In this document: piece after piece, positions 12,535 to 29,884 of the stretch
Position numbering within the stretch: the first letter of the stretch is position 1
Layout of the letters: every line of letters begins with the position of its first letter
Assembly: GCA_032718475.1 (NCBI GenBank)
Contig: JAUCBJ010001567.1
Location: 1-51,042 of the forward strand
Source: Nemertoderma westbladi
Lineage: Eukaryota > Animalia > Xenacoelomorpha
DNA: 51,042 bases
Direction: 5' to 3'
Notes under the pieces: model-generated
Told to the model about the DNA's origin: nothing
Seen by the model: only the letters and a program-made list of their open reading frames with translations
Database searches by the model: none
Program-made: the position numbers and the translations under genes

Positions 12535-15500
12535 TGACTGTGAGCCTACCCACCTAGAGCTGATTGAGCCTACCCAGCTAGAGCTGACTGTGAGCCTACC
12601 CAGCTAGAGCTGACTGTGAGCCTACCCAGCTAGAGCTGACTGTGAGCCTACCCAGCTAGAGCTGACTGTGAGCCTACCCAGCTAGAGCTGACTGTGAGCC
12701 TACCCAGCTAGAGCTGACTGGACCCTACCCACCTAGAGCTGACTAGACCCTACCCACCTAGAGCTGACTGGACCCTACCCACCTAGAGCTGACTGTGAGC
12801 CTACCCAGCTAGAGCTGACTGTGAGCCTACCCATATAGAGCTGACTGTGAGCCTACCCAGCTAGAGCTGACTGTGAGCCTACCCATATAGAGCTGACTGT
12901 GAGCCTACCCAGCTAGAGCTGACTGTGAGCCTACCCAGCTAGAGCTGACTGTGAGCCTACCCAGCTAGAGCTGACTGTGAGCCTACCCAGCTAGAGCTGA
13001 CTGGACCCTACCCACCTAGAGCTGACTAGACCCTACCCACCTAGAGCTGACTGGACCCTACCCACCTAGAGCTGACTGTGAGCCTACCCAGCTAGAGCTG
13101 ACTGTGAGCCTACCCATATAGAGCTGACTGTGAGCCTACCCAGCTAGAGCTGACTGTGAGCCTACCCATATAGAGCTGACTGTGAGCCTACCCAGCTAGA
13201 GCTGACTGTGAGCCTACCCAGCTAGAGCTGACTGTGAGCCTACCCAGCTAGAGCTGACTGTGAGCCTACCCAGCTAGAGCTGACTGGACCCTACCCACCT
13301 AGAGCTGACTAGACCCTACCCACCTAGAGCTGACTGGACCCTACCCACCTAGAGCTGACTGTGAGCCTACCCAGCTAGAGCTGACTGTGAGCCTACCCAT
13401 ATAGAGCTGACTGTGAGCCTACCCAGCTAGAGCTGACTGTGAGCCTACCCAGCTAGAGCTGACTGGACCCTACCCACCTAGAGCTGACTAGACCCTACCC
13501 ACCTAGAGCTGACTGGACCCTACCCACCTAGAGCTGACTGTGAGCCTACCCAGCTAGAGCTGACTGTGAGCCTACCCATATAGAGCTGACTGTGAGCCTA
13601 CCCAGCTAGAGCTGACTGTGAGCCTACCCTTATAGAGCTGACTGTGAGCCTACCCAGCTAGAGCTGACTGTGAGCCTACCCAGCTAGAGCTGACTGTGAG
13701 CTTACCCAGATAGAGCTGACTGTGAGCCTACCCACCTAGAGCTGACTGTGAGCCTACCCACCTAGAGCTGACTGTGAGCCTACCCACCTAGAGCTGACTG
13801 TGAGCCTACCCACCTAGAGCTGACTGAACCCTATCCACCTAGAGCTGACTGAACCCTATCCACCTAGAGCTGACTGGACCCTACCCACCTAGAGCTGACT
13901 GCGAGCCTACCAACCTAGAGCTGACTGTTGTGACCCTACCCACCTAGAGCTGACTGTGACCCTACCCAGCTAGAGCTGACTGTGAGCCTACCCACCTAGA
14001 GCTGAATGTGAGCCTACCCAGCTAGAGCTGACTGTGAGCCTACCAACCTAGAGCTGACTGTGAGCCTACCCAGCTAGAGCTGACTGGACCCTACCCAGCT
14101 AGAGCTGACTGTGAGCCTACCCACCTAGAGCTGACTGTGAGCCTACCCAGCTAGAGCTGACTGTTGTGACCCTACCCACCTAGAGCTGACTGTGAGCCTA
14201 CCCAGCTAGAGCTGACTGTGACCCTACCCACCTAGAGCTGACTGTGACCCTACCCAGCTAGAGCTGACTGTGAGCCTACCCACCTAGAGCTGACTTTTGA
14301 GCCTACCCAGCTAGAGCTGACTGTGACCCTACCCACCTAGAGCTGACTGTGACCCTACCCAGCTAGAGCTGACTGTGAGCCTACCCAGCTAGAGCTGACT
14401 GTGAGCCTACCCACCTAGAGCTGACTGTGAGCCTACCCAGCTAGAGCTGACTGTGAGCCTACCCACCTAGAGCTGAATGTGAGACTACCCAGCTAGAGCT
14501 GACTGAGCCTACCCAGCTAGAGCTGACTGTGACCCTACCCAGCTAGAGCTGACTGGACCCTACCCACCTAGAGCTGACTAGACCCTACCCACCTAGAGCT
14601 GACTGGACCCTACCCACCTAGAGCTGACTGTGAGCCTACCCAGCTAGAGCTCACTGTGAGCCTACCCATATAGAGCTGACTGTGAGCCTACCCAGCTAGA
14701 GCTCACTGTGAGCCTACCCATATAGAGCTGACTGTGAGCCTACCCAGCTAGAGCTGACTGTGAGCCTACCCAGATAGAGCTGACTGTGAGCTTACCCAGA
14801 TAGAGCTGACTGTGAGCCTACCCACCTAGAGCTGACTGTGAGCCTACCCACCTAGAGCTGACTGTGAGCCTACCCACCTAGAGCTGACTGTGAGCCTACC
14901 CACCTAGAGCTGACTGAACCCTATCCACCTAGAGCTGACTGAACCCTATCCACCTAGAGCTGACTGGACCCTACCCACCTAGAGCTGACTGCGAGCCTAC
15001 CAACCTAGAGCTGACTGTTGTGACCCTACCCACCTAGAGCTGACTGTGACCCTACCCAGCTAGAGCTGACTGTGAGCCTACCCACCTAGAGCTGAATGTG
15101 AGCCTACCCAGCTAGAGCTGACTGTGAGCCTACCAACCTAGAGCTGACTGTGAGCCTACCCAGCTAGAGCTGACTGGACCCTACCCAGCTAGAGCTGACT
15201 GTGAGCCTACCCACCTAGAGCTGACTGTGAGCCTACCCAGCTAGAGCTGACTGTTGTGACCCTACCCACCTAGAGCTGACTGTGAGCCTACCCAGCTAGA
15301 GCTGACTGTGACCCTACCCACCTAGAGCTGACTGTGACCCTACCCAGCTAGAGCTGACTGTGAGCCTACCCACCTAGAGCTGACTTTTGAGCCTACCCAG
15401 CTAGAGCTGACTGTGACCCTACCCACCTAGAGCTGACTGTGACCCTACCCAGCTAGAGCTGACTGTGAGCCTACCCAGCTAGAGCTGACTGTGAGCCTAC

Positions 15501-18500
15501 CCACCTAGAGCTGACTGTGAGCCTACCCAGCTAGAGCTGACTGTGAGCCTACCCACCTAGAGCTGAATGTGAGCCTACCCAGCTAGAGCTGACTGTGAGC
15601 CTACCCAGCTAGAGCTGACTGTGACCCTACCCACCTAGAGCTGACTGTGAGCCTACCCACCTAGAGCTGACTGTGAGCCTACCCACCTAGAGCTGAATGT
15701 GAGCCTACCCAGCTAGAGCTGACTGTGAGCCTACCCAGCTAGAGCTGACTGTGACCCTACCCACCTAGAGCTGACTGTGAGCCTACCCACCTAGAGCTGA
15801 ATGTGAGCCTACCCAGCTAGAGCTGACTGTGAGCCTACCCAGCTAGAGCTGACTGTGACCCTACCCACCTAGAGCTGACTGTGAGCCTACCCACCTAGAG
15901 CTGACTGTGAGCCTACCCACCTAGAGCTGACTGTGAGCCTACCCAGCTAGAGCTGACTGTGAGCCTACCCACCTAGAGCTGACTGTGAGCCTACCCACCT
16001 AGAACCTAGAGCTGACTGTGAGCCTACCAACCTAGAGCTGACTGTTGTGACCCTACCCACCTAGAGCTGACTGTGACCCTACCCAGCTAGAGCTGACTGT
16101 GAGCCTACCCACCTAGAGCTGACTTTTGAGCCTACCCAGCTAGAGCTGACTGTGAGCCTACCCAGCTAGAGCTGACTGTGAGCCTACCCACCTAGAGCTG
16201 ACTGTGAGCCTACCCATATAGAGCTGACTGTGAGCCTACCCAGCTAGAGCTGACTGTGAGCCTACCCACCTAGAGCTGACTGTGAGCCTACCCAGCTAGA
16301 GCTGACTGTGAGCCTACCCACCTAGAGCTGAATGTGAGCCTACCCAGCTAGAGCTGACTGTGAGCCTACCAACCTAGAGCTGACTGTTGTGACCCTACCC
16401 ACCTAGAGCTGACTGTGACCCTACCCAGCTATAGCTGACTGTGAGCCTACCCAGCTAGAGCTGACTGTGAGCCTACCCAGATAGAGCTGACTGTGAGCCT
16501 ACCCACCTAGAGCTGACTGTGAGCCTACCCACCTAGAGCTGACTGTGAGCCTACCCACCTAGAGCTGACTGTGAGCCTACCCAGCTAGAGCTGACTGGAC
16601 CCTACCCACCTAGAGCTGACTGAACCCTATCCACCTAGAGCTGACTGGACCCTACCCACCTAGAGCTGACTGTGAGCCTACCCAGCTAGAGCTGACTGGA
16701 CCCTACCCACCTAGAGCTGACTGTACCCTACCCACCTTGAGCTGACTGTGAGCCTACCCACCTAGAGCTGACTGTGACCCTACCCAGCTAGAGCTGACTG
16801 TGAGCCTACCCACCTAGAGCTGACTGTGAGCCTACCCAGCTAGAGCTGACTGTGAGCCTACCCAGCTAGAGCTGACTGTGAGCCTACCCACCTAGAGCTG
16901 ACTGTGAGCCTACCCAGCTAGAGCTGACTGTGAGCCTACCCAGATAGAGCTGACTGTGAGCCTACCCACCTAGAGCTGACTGTGAGCCTACCCACCTAGA
17001 GCTGACTGTGAGCATACCCATCTAGAGCTGACTGTGAGCCTACCCAGCTAGAGCTGACTGGACCCTACCCACCTAGAGCTGACTGAACCCTATCCACCTA
17101 GAGCTGACTGGACCCTACCCACCTAGAGCTGACTGTGAGCCTACCCACCTAGAGCTGACTGTGAGCCTACCCACCTAGAACCTAGAGCTGACTGTGAGCC
17201 TACCAACCTAGAGCTGACTGTTGTGACCCTACCCACCTAGAGCTGACTGTGACCCTACCCAGCTAGAGCTGACTGTGAGCCTACCCACCTAGAGCTGACT
17301 TTTGAGCCTACCCAGCTAGAGCTGACTGTGAGCCTACCCAGCTAGAGCTGACTGTGAGCCTACCCACCTAGAGCTGACTGTGAGCCTACCCATATAGAGC
17401 TGACTGTGAGCCTACCCAGCTAGAGCTGACTGTGAGCCTACCCACCTAGAGCTGACTGTGAGCCTACCCAGCTAGAGCTGACTGTGAGCCTACCCACCTA
17501 GAGCTGAATGTGAGCCTACCCAGCTAGAGCTGACTGTGAGCCTACCAACCTAGAGCTGACTGTTGTGACCCTACCCACCTAGAGCTGACTGTGACCCTAC
17601 CCACCTAGAGCTGACTGAACCCTATCCACCTAAAGCTGACTGGACCCTACCCACCTAGAGCTGACTGTGAGCCTACCCAGCTAGAGCTGACTGGACCCTA
17701 CCCTACTACTACTACTACTAGGATCGGCATGCTGCATTGCAGCTGCATTTTTAAGAATGCTGTGCCGGCTTGTCAACAAAATTGCACCGCCACAACTCCC
17801 TATCACCCATGACATTTGCAAGATCATCCGCATCTTTAAGGCCAGTGTCCTTTAAGATGCGTCTCAAGAAAGTCATGGGCTGTCCACCATGCTTATTCAC
17901 TCCATGAGGCTGCCAAAGTACAAGATTATGCACTGGCTGGTCCTCACGGCGAAAGCAATGTCCTGCAAAGCGGAGGCAATTTTGTTCTAGTGTCAAGCTT
18001 GGGGGAACCAATGAGACACCTCCAATGTTATATAGTGTCTTGTTGGAGATGTGTGCATTGTACTTGACACAATGTACCCGGCGTAGCATTCTTGTGAATG
18101 TGCCATCCAGAGATTTGGTGTCCTCAGCAGTTAGAGCCCAACATGGACTCCCGTAGAGGAGTACTGGAACTACTGCTGCTCTGAATAATCGGACCTTAAG
18201 TTTCCGATTAATTCTAGGTGACTTCCAAATCCTGGAAAGCCTATTCAAGGCTGCCCATGCCTTTCCCTTACGTATTCGAAGGTCCTCACCTGACTTCCGG
18301 ATCCATGATCCCAGGTAACAGAAGTCGTCCACATGCTCAAGCATACCATCCTTTGAGCTTATGCTCATCCGATCAGAGACTTGCTGAGGACTTTCAAAGT
18401 TAACTGTCAGAATTTTGGTCTTTCTGGAGTTAATAAAAAGACCAACACTAGAAGCAGCATGTTCTAATGAGCTGAGGAGCCGCTGGGCTCCCTCTAATGA

Positions 18501-19750
18501 TTCTGAGAGTACTCCTAAGTCATCAGCAAAGTCTAGATCAGTTTACCTACCCACCTTGAGCTGACTGTGAGCCTACCCACCTAGAGCTGACTGTGACCCT
18601 ACCCAGCTAGAGCTGACTGTGAGCCTACCCACCTAGAGCTGACTGTGAGCCTACCCAGCTAGAGCTGACTGTGAGCCTACCCAGATAGAGCTGACTGTGA
18701 GCCTACCCACCTAGAGCTGACTGTGAGCCTACCCACCTAGAGCTGACTGTGAGCCTACCCACCTAGAGCTGACTGTGAGCCTACCCAGCTAGAGCTGACT
18801 GGACCCTACCCACCTAGAGCTGACTGAACCCTATCCACCTAGAGCTGACTGGACCCTACCCACCTAGAGCTGACTGTGAGCCTACCCAGCTAGAGCTGAC
18901 TGGACCCTACCCACCTAGAGCTGACTGTACCCTACCCACCTTGAGCTGACTGTGAGCCTACCCACCTAGAGCTGACTGTGACCCTACCCAGCTAGAGCTG
19001 ACTGTGAGCCTACCCACCTAGAGCTGACTGTGAGCCTACCCAGCTAGAGCTGACTGTGAGCCTACCCAGCTAGAGCTGACTGTGAGCCTACCCACCTAGA
19101 GCTGACTGTGAGCCTACCCAGCTAGAGCTGACTGTGAGCCTACCCAGATAGAGCTGACTGTGAGCCTACCCACCTAGAGCTGACTGTGAGCCTACCCACC
19201 TAGAGCTGACTGTGAGCCTACCCATCTAGAGCTGACTGTGAGCCTACCCAGCTAGAGCTGACTGGACCCTACCCACCTAGAGCTGACTGAACCCTATCCA
19301 CCTAGAGCTGACTGGACCCTACCCACCTAGAGCTGACTGTGAGCCTACCCAGCTAGAGCTGACTGGACCCTACCCACCTAGAGCTGACTGGACCCTACCC
19401 ACCTAGAGCTGACTGTGAGCCTACCCACCTAGAGCTGACTGTGACCCTACCCAGCTAGAGCTGACTGTGAGCCTACCCACCTAGAGCTGACTGTGAGCCT
19501 ACCCAGCTAGAGCTGACTGTGAGCCTACCCAGCTAGAGCTGACTGTGAGCCTACCCACCTAGAGCTGACTGTGAGCCTACCCAGCTAGAGCTGACTGTGA
19601 GCCTACCCACCTAGAGCTGACTGTGAGCCTACCCACCTAGAGCTGACTGTGAGCCTACCCAGCTCGAGCTGACTGTGAGCCTACCCACCTAGAGCTGACT
19701 GTGAGCCTACCCAGCTAGAGCTGACTCTGAGCCAACCCCGATAGAGGTTG
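12535..19750. repeat. 25/26-bp minisatellite, about 6.4 kb net, with higher-order blocks, interrupted by a LINE
   Basis: Unit ctgtgagcctacccagctagagctga with variant ctggaccctacccacctagagctga. The rare variant gcgagcctaccaacc recurs at 13901 and 14991 (1090-bp duplication). Confidence 0.97.
17704..18543 (-). mobile_element. 5'-truncated RTE LINE, near-identical to 7803-8635, inserted in the 26-bp satellite
   Basis: Reverse complement of the RT C-terminus (DFADD...YLGSWIRK...DKPAQHS), same 3'UTR and (TAG)n tail. It lacks the stops at 8050 and 8305 of the other copy. Confidence 0.93.
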
Positions 19751-20818
19751 ATAATTATGCTATAATTGATGTTAACGACCCAAAATATGTCTAATATATA
19801 AGGAATTATAATTTGTTTCGATTATTGTTTTGGTTAGGGTTCATTTGGCAGGCCTGAACTCTAGTTATGACTGCAATGTTGTACCCCAACCCTAAGTCAT
19901 AAGATATTTAGTGGAATTCAGAATTCAAGACTTTATTTCCATTGCCACAGGAGGGAGGGGCGTGAATGGTAATAATGATATATTATAATAGCCCACCAGA
20001 TACGAGAGTTCAAACAGGATAAAAATTCAAGTTACTAAAAGGGAAATAATGTTATTTAAAGTAAATAATAATTATAATATCCAATAGTGGAATCAAATGA
20101 TAAACAATTAATAACGAACCCGGCGGTGGGGAAAAACAATTTAAGCGCACTAATAAATTAAATATGTATAAATATAACAAATAATTAAAATGGAAAATAA
20201 CACCAAAGTATAAATAGTTAAATATTGATTATAATAAATAATTGTTACGCTAAATAGCCACAAATACAATTAGAATGTTACAGAGATTAAACATGTAATT
20301 GAATACCAAGTTAATAATCAATACGGGGATCTGAATTATTAGTCGTACCGGTAACCTCTTGTATCTTCCTTAATAGCAGAAACAAAAAATAAATACGCTA
20401 TGGAGGTCGGGGGGGGGGGGGGGGGGGGGTAAATAAATACATAGCAACAAGGGTCTTATTAATAATTTTTATATAGCTAAACCATTAGAGGATCTGCTGT
20501 TTGAAACTTACACCCAAAAAAAGGTCCGCACTCTAGAAAAAGTATTCAAAATCTCTAAAGTGGCCAAAATTAAGCAGATTAATATATTCCCTGCCACTCG
20601 AATGGTACAGTACAGTACAGATAGTTACACAGACAGACAGACAGTACAGATAGGCCTATGAACAATGAACATCAACTGGGTTCTTAATAATTTACCTGAT
20701 AAGTTCCCTTAATAATTAATCATTAAATCACTACGATCAAAACCTTTCTTTTCGGTTTCCGAGGAAACCCAAAAGGAGCAGGATTCCATGTTGTAGATAA
20801 TGTTAGGGAAAGGAACAG

Positions 20819-20954
20819 GGGGCCGTCCAAGTATGACGTCAGCACTTTAGGGAGGGGGGGGGGGGGTCAACGCCTATCTGATGACATCTGATTTAGGGGA
20901 GGGAGGGGGTCAACATTTTGGGGAAAAGTGCAGACGTCATACTTGGACGGCCCC
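20819..20954. mobile_element. PIF/Harbinger-like MITE
   Basis: TIRs GGGGCCGTCCAAGTATGACGTC(A/T)GCACTTT, 3-bp TSD CAG (20816-20818 and 20955-20957). Confidence 0.8.
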
Positions 20955-21265
20955 CAGGTTAGAGTAGCATGATAATTTAACTAAACAATAAGCAAGAATC
21001 CACATCAAAGATAAGAATTAATTTTTAGAAATCATTCTTACAGAAAGAAACCTATCGGTTATTAATAACTCTGATAATTGTCAGTAATTTTTATATTAAT
21101 TATTGTAAAAGAGAAAGACGGTAAAAATACGCGTTTTTGGCTAAACTTTGGCCACTTTCCGAGATTTTTACCGGCTGTGCAAATTATAGTAATCCGCGGG
21201 CAAGAAATACGCATTTTGGCGCGTTCTAGAACAACCAACCCATCGGCACAATAAGGCAAGGGGAT

Positions 21266-22582
<1,317 letters not shown>

Positions 22583-24977
22583 TCATATAACATAATATTA
22601 CTAAAAAATATGTTACACTACTTCCTTTTTCCAGTCACAATTATTAAATAAACAACCGCACACGCCCACGTGATTGTTGTTGCGATTGTGACGCTCACCA
22701 CACTCTTTCCTGAGTGAGCCAGAATTTTTATTTTCGCTTACATTCTTTAGCTACAAGAGTTTGAAAAGATTGTCGCCGGCGAGATTGCACAAGTTACACC
22801 GCAGTTATTCTTCAACATTATATTGATTTGTTGGTACTAAAGCTGATATAAAAGAAAATAAATGGCCTCCAGCGAATGCAAATACATTCAAAATTGAACC
22901 TCATAATCTCAGGTATACCGTTTTTTTATTCGGTGACTTTACTCAATGTTTTACAAATTTGTAATGGTGGCTGCTCACAAAACATGGAAGTGTATGGGAT
23001 GGCTTGTAAAGTTAATGTTGTGGGTAACTCCACATATTTAGGAGTATTCACCTGTGGGGGGGAGGTTTCCCTTCGCCCAGAAAAAATCTTGCTGAGAAAG
23101 GAGAAAAAGCAAATTTTGCGTTGATAGTTAATTTTCCATAACTGATTTCAGTATGGCTTGTGATCTAATTAATGCCTTAGTTAAGCCTATTTTGACATAA
23201 GGGTGTGTAGTTTAGGGTTTTTATCCCTCAGCTGAACCATAACGCGTTTTATTAAAATTCTTTAAGAACCTGACTTGGAGAGAATGTAACAACAAAAAAC
23301 TTGATGGTCAACGGTTAATCTGGTATTTTTCGCTCGAAATTGATAAATACTGTAGAATTTTGGTTAAAAGATACTACTAAAGTGCAATGGCAAGTGCTAT
23401 AGATTAGTTAAACAGGCAGATATTTTGCAACTAAATAAACAAAATACTGGTTGGTAGACCACAGAATGGTGGAAACTGGGCGCGGGCGGCCCCGGCCCCC
23501 GAGCTCAATTTACTTAATAATCCGGGTTTTAGGGATATTAAGGCCGGAGTACCCTACCCCCCCTGAACACTTTTTTAAATGTCTATAATTTCTACTGAAA
23601 TTAAAATATTTTGATTTTATACAGTACCGGTAAGGGCTGTTAAAATATGGCCAAACATTTGTTTTTTTGAAAAATTTTCAAATTTCCAGTTTTCCCTCTA
23701 GCGGCCATTGAATGAAAAACAATATTTGCGGTTAAAATGCTACTAGTCATTCAATCTGAGGTGAAATTGTCCGAAACCGATTTTTTTCGAATTAGGGAAA
23801 TTTATCGGTTATCATTTTTTGTTTAGCGTTTTTATGAAAATTAATTAATATTTATTAATATTTTGAAAAATTTTAACAAAATTTTGGCTTTAATCTGAAA
23901 AATTGGTGGTAAAAAAAAAGAAATAAAAAAATTCCAACCGATAACTTTTAAGGAACTGCCGAAACCCTTTCGAATGAGCCAAAAATAAAGAAAATTGGTT
24001 AAAAAATGGCGGAGGAGTAGTGTTTTGAAAAATGTCACTCCGAGATAATTGCCTTCAAAGTTTAAACCTTCCCGCCAAAAGTGGCTGTCTGTGGTCTGGT
24101 TGGTTAATCATTTCTGGAACGAACGAAACGCATCACCGCGCTAAAACATTCATAATGGAGATTTTCGGGGTCGCCGATTTCATTTCTGATGTCAGTTTTA
24201 AGGTTTGGTGGAATCTAGTCTGTCTGTCTGTCGGTTGTCTGTCAGTCTTACAATTTGACTGACAGACCATCATACAGTGATGATGATACGGTGAGTGAAA
24301 ACTCACACCAGCATTTATCAATTTTCACTCTGTTCCAATCCATCCCCGGTTAAATTTCCATAGTGTATTCTCACTCCCGGTGTATTTTTTTGTATCTTCT
24401 ACAGTAGGCCTACCGGTACCGCCTACTTTTACTATATATAAATCTCCAGCGTGTGTTTGTATGTGTACTAGAGGTATCTGTGGTCGTTTGTTCGCTTAAC
24501 TGTAGGCTTATATCGAATTTAAATTATATTGAAATTTAAAATATCTTGGGCAGTTGGGGGTAAGAATACACGGTAATATTACATTTGAGGCACAGTGGTA
24601 AGAAATTTTCAAAAACTCATGAATTTAAATCGTGCTGCTCAAAGCGGAAAATCACATACCGGTAACTTAAAACTTTTTTTTTCTATGAAGTTACAAATAA
24701 TGGCAAAAATGGCCACTGGAGAAAGGAGTTTATCACTGTGCCCCAAATGTGATAGAACCGTCGTCTCAAATGTCTTGTACCTAAACATGTAGCTACCGGT
24801 ACCGGTAAGTGAGTTAACGGCGTAATAGTGGCAAGTACCAAAAATTAAGGGAAAGGAGCATGTGTTGGTGCTGTTTGCTAACCAAACAACCAAAACAATA
24901 AACGAAGGTATATATCTTATGCGACCGCTTTGAAATAGAGCTGTAACACCCAATCTGGGCTGTAACACTGCACCCAC

Positions 24978-25724
24978 CTGATGGGCTCTTGGGGACAGTT
25001 TCACGCCTCCGGATGGACTCCGCGTCCGAGTGTCTCCATGGCTACCCACACATTCTTCCTCTCGACCCTCGTAGACAACGGGGAAGAAGTTGGTCTCGAT
25101 GTCGTTCGAGGGTGTGCGGATCCCGATAATGAGCGGCGAGCCCCTCCGTGCGACCACGATCTCTTCCGGGAAGTGTTGCGACGAGAACGCCAACGCAAAC
25201 GCGCCGTCTAAATCCGCGACAACTTCTTCTACGATCTCCCGGAAGTTTAATGCATCTCCCTCCTTCACTTTGGAGTCGTAGATATACTTAGCGAACTTAA
25301 CTATAACTTCTGTGTCCGTCTCAGACTCAAACTCGTAGTTGTGTTTCTCGAGAAAATGTTTAAGTTCTTTAAAGTTGGAGATTATTCCATTGTGTACGAC
25401 GACGAACTGGTTCCCTGAGTCGGAGCGTTGCGGATGCGAGTTCACTTCGTTGGGCTCCCCGTGGGTAGCCCAACGAGTGTGGGCCAACCCTACGTGGGTC
25501 GGTAGCTTCTCCGAGTATTTGATGCTCGAGTTCTCCAGAACCCGCGAGCGTAAAGCGTTCACTCGGCCGCGCTGTTTGAGAATGTCGATGGGTTGGTTAA
25601 ACGAGATTCCAGCAGAGTCGTAACCACGGTACTCCATTCGTTCCAATGCTTTTATTAAACATTCTAGAATGTCCCCTCTTGTCTTGGGTGTAAAATAGTT
25701 AAGATACGCAAAAATTCCGCACAT
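24978..25724 (-). CDS. GFPT: glutamine--fructose-6-phosphate aminotransferase, exon 1 (Ntn glutaminase domain)
   Basis: MCGIFAYLNY (catalytic Cys), EYRGYDSAG, AHTRWATHG, NSHPQRSD, HNGII, ETDTE, RRGSPL. Donor CAG|GTGGGT at 24977 after 249 codons. Joined protein is 678 aa. Confidence 0.93.
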
Positions 25725-26768
25725 ATTTCTGTATTTCAGTATTTATATCTCTGTATCTGTACAGCTGTATAATACTGATATATGGCTACAGTCAGACTGT
25801 CACCCACTGTACGACTGTTTGTCAGTTTGTTGTGGATGTGGATTATTGTGATATTTCTGTATTTTATACTGTTATATGAACTATGCCCTATACTGCTATA
25901 AGCAACCCAACCGCAACCACGCCAACCACATAACTAGACAGCTAGATACAAGATATCACCTATCACAGTAATTATAATTCAGTAATTATAAATTAAGCCT
26001 TACAAGATAAAATTATGTCACTAAAATATAACCCAGAACCAATGGCAGAATGGTAGCGTGGTGACTAGCAAGAGTGCGGATAGCATAAGTACAGGCCGCC
26101 TATCTTACATCCATAAACCAATAGGCCATACCAATAATCCTCAGGCATTTCATTATAACTGTGTTTGTGTTGGAAATTAATAACGCAATGGAATCTGTCT
26201 CTAAATTATCACTGTATGTAAGTAAGTACTGTATTTGATTACTGGACAGTTGAACAAATAGATTAGTGGTTTTATAATCCGTTTGTTGGCAAACTCTCAG
26301 TGATTAGGAATTACACGGGTGACGGCAGGCAAAGCAATAAGGAAAACGGTAGCTCACGCATTAGCCTTTTCAGTTACACTAAACTCCGTTTGTTTGGTGG
26401 CGTTTCCCAATGTCGACAGGGTCTCTGAGGCTACCAGGTTACATGCGTGGAGTGGCGGTTTTTATGGCGGCTCTCTCCGTTCTCTCTATCTGACAAATCT
26501 GTGCTTGAGATTAAGTAATTAGTACAGTAGTTTAGTTACTGAAGTGTTTCGCTGGAAGTCGAATTCAAAACATGTGAATTGTTTTTTTGCAAACTGAACC
26601 GCAAGTTTAATACAGTATGTATAAAACTTACAGAAAAACATAAAATATTGTACAGTATGTTTAATACAATATCATCACTTATACGGTATTAGAACTAAAC
26701 GTTTATATCTGTATTTCTCATTGTCAACCCCTATTTATCATTGATAACCCCCTCATTTCTCTCCAAAG

Positions 26769-26930
26769 GAAACGGTACGATCGACTTCCCAGAATTCCTT
26801 ACACTGATGGCGAGAAAACTTCAAGACCAAGATTCCGAGGAGGAAATCAAGGAGGCATTCCGAGTCTTCGACAAGGACGGTAATGGGTTCATATCGGCAG
26901 CGGAGCTCCGTCATGTTATGACGAACTTAG
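26769..26930 (+). CDS. CaM: calmodulin, coding exon 2
   Basis: Acceptor ctccaaag, (G)[53 protein letters not shown](G), donor G|gtaggt. 162 nt, phases match. Confidence 0.95.
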
Positions 26931-27282
26931 GTAGGTTTATGGCGGATTGTCAGCTCTGCCTTCCACTAGAAAAGGGCGGGCTCCTTCCAGTGCAGAGTTA
27001 ACCCAACCCAGCCTTATGGGACACCTTCCGGCTTCTTAGTAAGAAATTCGTTGGTGAAATGGAGCTTTCGGGATGCATGTAGTATAGATGAGCCTTCGCA
27101 TTGCCTCCGGTAGAGAGGAGGTGTTCCTCCAGTAAAGTGTTACCTTTGTGGTGCTTCCCTTGTAGATGATCCTTTGCCCCCCCCCCCCCCCCCCCCCCCC
27201 ATTAGAGATGAGCTTTCGGACTGTCTCAGATGTTTCGGGATCAAGATCGCTGATAACTTTACTTATTTTAAAATAAAGCAAC

Positions 27283-28660
<1,378 letters not shown>

Positions 28661-28885
28661 TAGTCTTACTTTAAATACTAATTTATTTATACGGTTTAAT
28701 TTACATAAAAATATCAACTTATTCAACATTATTATTATATTGTGTTATTTGCTGTCCTGAATTCCGGTGTAATAATTGAATTGTCATGTATCTAAAAAGA
28801 AAATTAAAAAAATCAATGACAAATGACCTATTGAAATAATAAGAAAAGTAACTAGATAATTTTTAGTGATCCGCAATCTGGCCAA

Positions 28886-29191
28886 ACTGACTGACTGACT
28901 GACTGACTGACTGACTGACTGACTGACTGACTGACTGACTGACTGACTGACTGACTGACTGACTGACTGACTGACTGACTGACTGACTGACTGACTGACT
29001 GACTGACTGACTGACTGACTGACTGACTGACTGACTGACTGACTGACTGACTGACTGACTGACTGACTGACTGACTGACTGACTGACTGACTGACTGACT
29101 GACTGACTGACTGACTGACTGACTGACTGACTGACTGACTGACTGACTGACTGACTGACTGACTGACTGACTGACTGACTGACTGACTGAC
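28886..29191. repeat. perfect (GACT)n microsatellite, about 76 units
   Basis: Directly visible and uninterrupted. Confidence 0.98.
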
Positions 29192-29884
29192 CTTTAAAAT
29201 GTAAGGTAAACTGAATACAAGTGTTACTAAGGCAAAAGATCTGTACCAGATTTTAGATGTAGGGTGTTTTGCCTTTAAATGTCAGGGCTGAGGATCAAGC
29301 ATAGGGTGTTTTAAACTCGCAAAAAATGACTTTCTTGCATATAAACCATGGTATTTCTTGGTTTCATCTGAAAGAGCGCCTTAAATTAGGCCGGTCTGTA
29401 AAATAAAAAAAAATTCAAAAATTTTGAGATAGGGCATTCTGCCTTAAGACGGCAGTATTGGGCAGCAAATGTAAATAAGTTTTATAATTTACTAAGTTTT
29501 AGAAGTCAATTATTAAACGTCGTCTGTTGGTGGTGGATATTGTTTGGCGCACATTCGAAATTAGAAATGTTTCAACTCTGTAAATAAATATAAGAAACTT
29601 GGAAGTAAAAAAAAGTATAATTGACTTCGCTCGCCATTGTTTTCTCAGTAAGTTATAAATCTCTGGGTCCCGCGAGCAGCAGAGTCAAAATAAATCACTA
29701 TTTAATTTCCATATAATAAATAACTACATTAATTATAATTATAGTATTTTGAATTAATATTTTTCAATTTTTCCCATTTTTGAAAGAAATAATTATAAAA
29801 TAGAAATGACATATTTTTGATGGTGCAACGGTATAAAAAAGTTAAAATCTTGAAAATAATGAATTTGGGGCCGGACTTTAGGTA

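Noticed and set aside
23538-24057. possible TTAA-flanked DNA transposon in the GFAT intron
   Set aside because: Element-like composition, but I could not match TIRs or a TSD.
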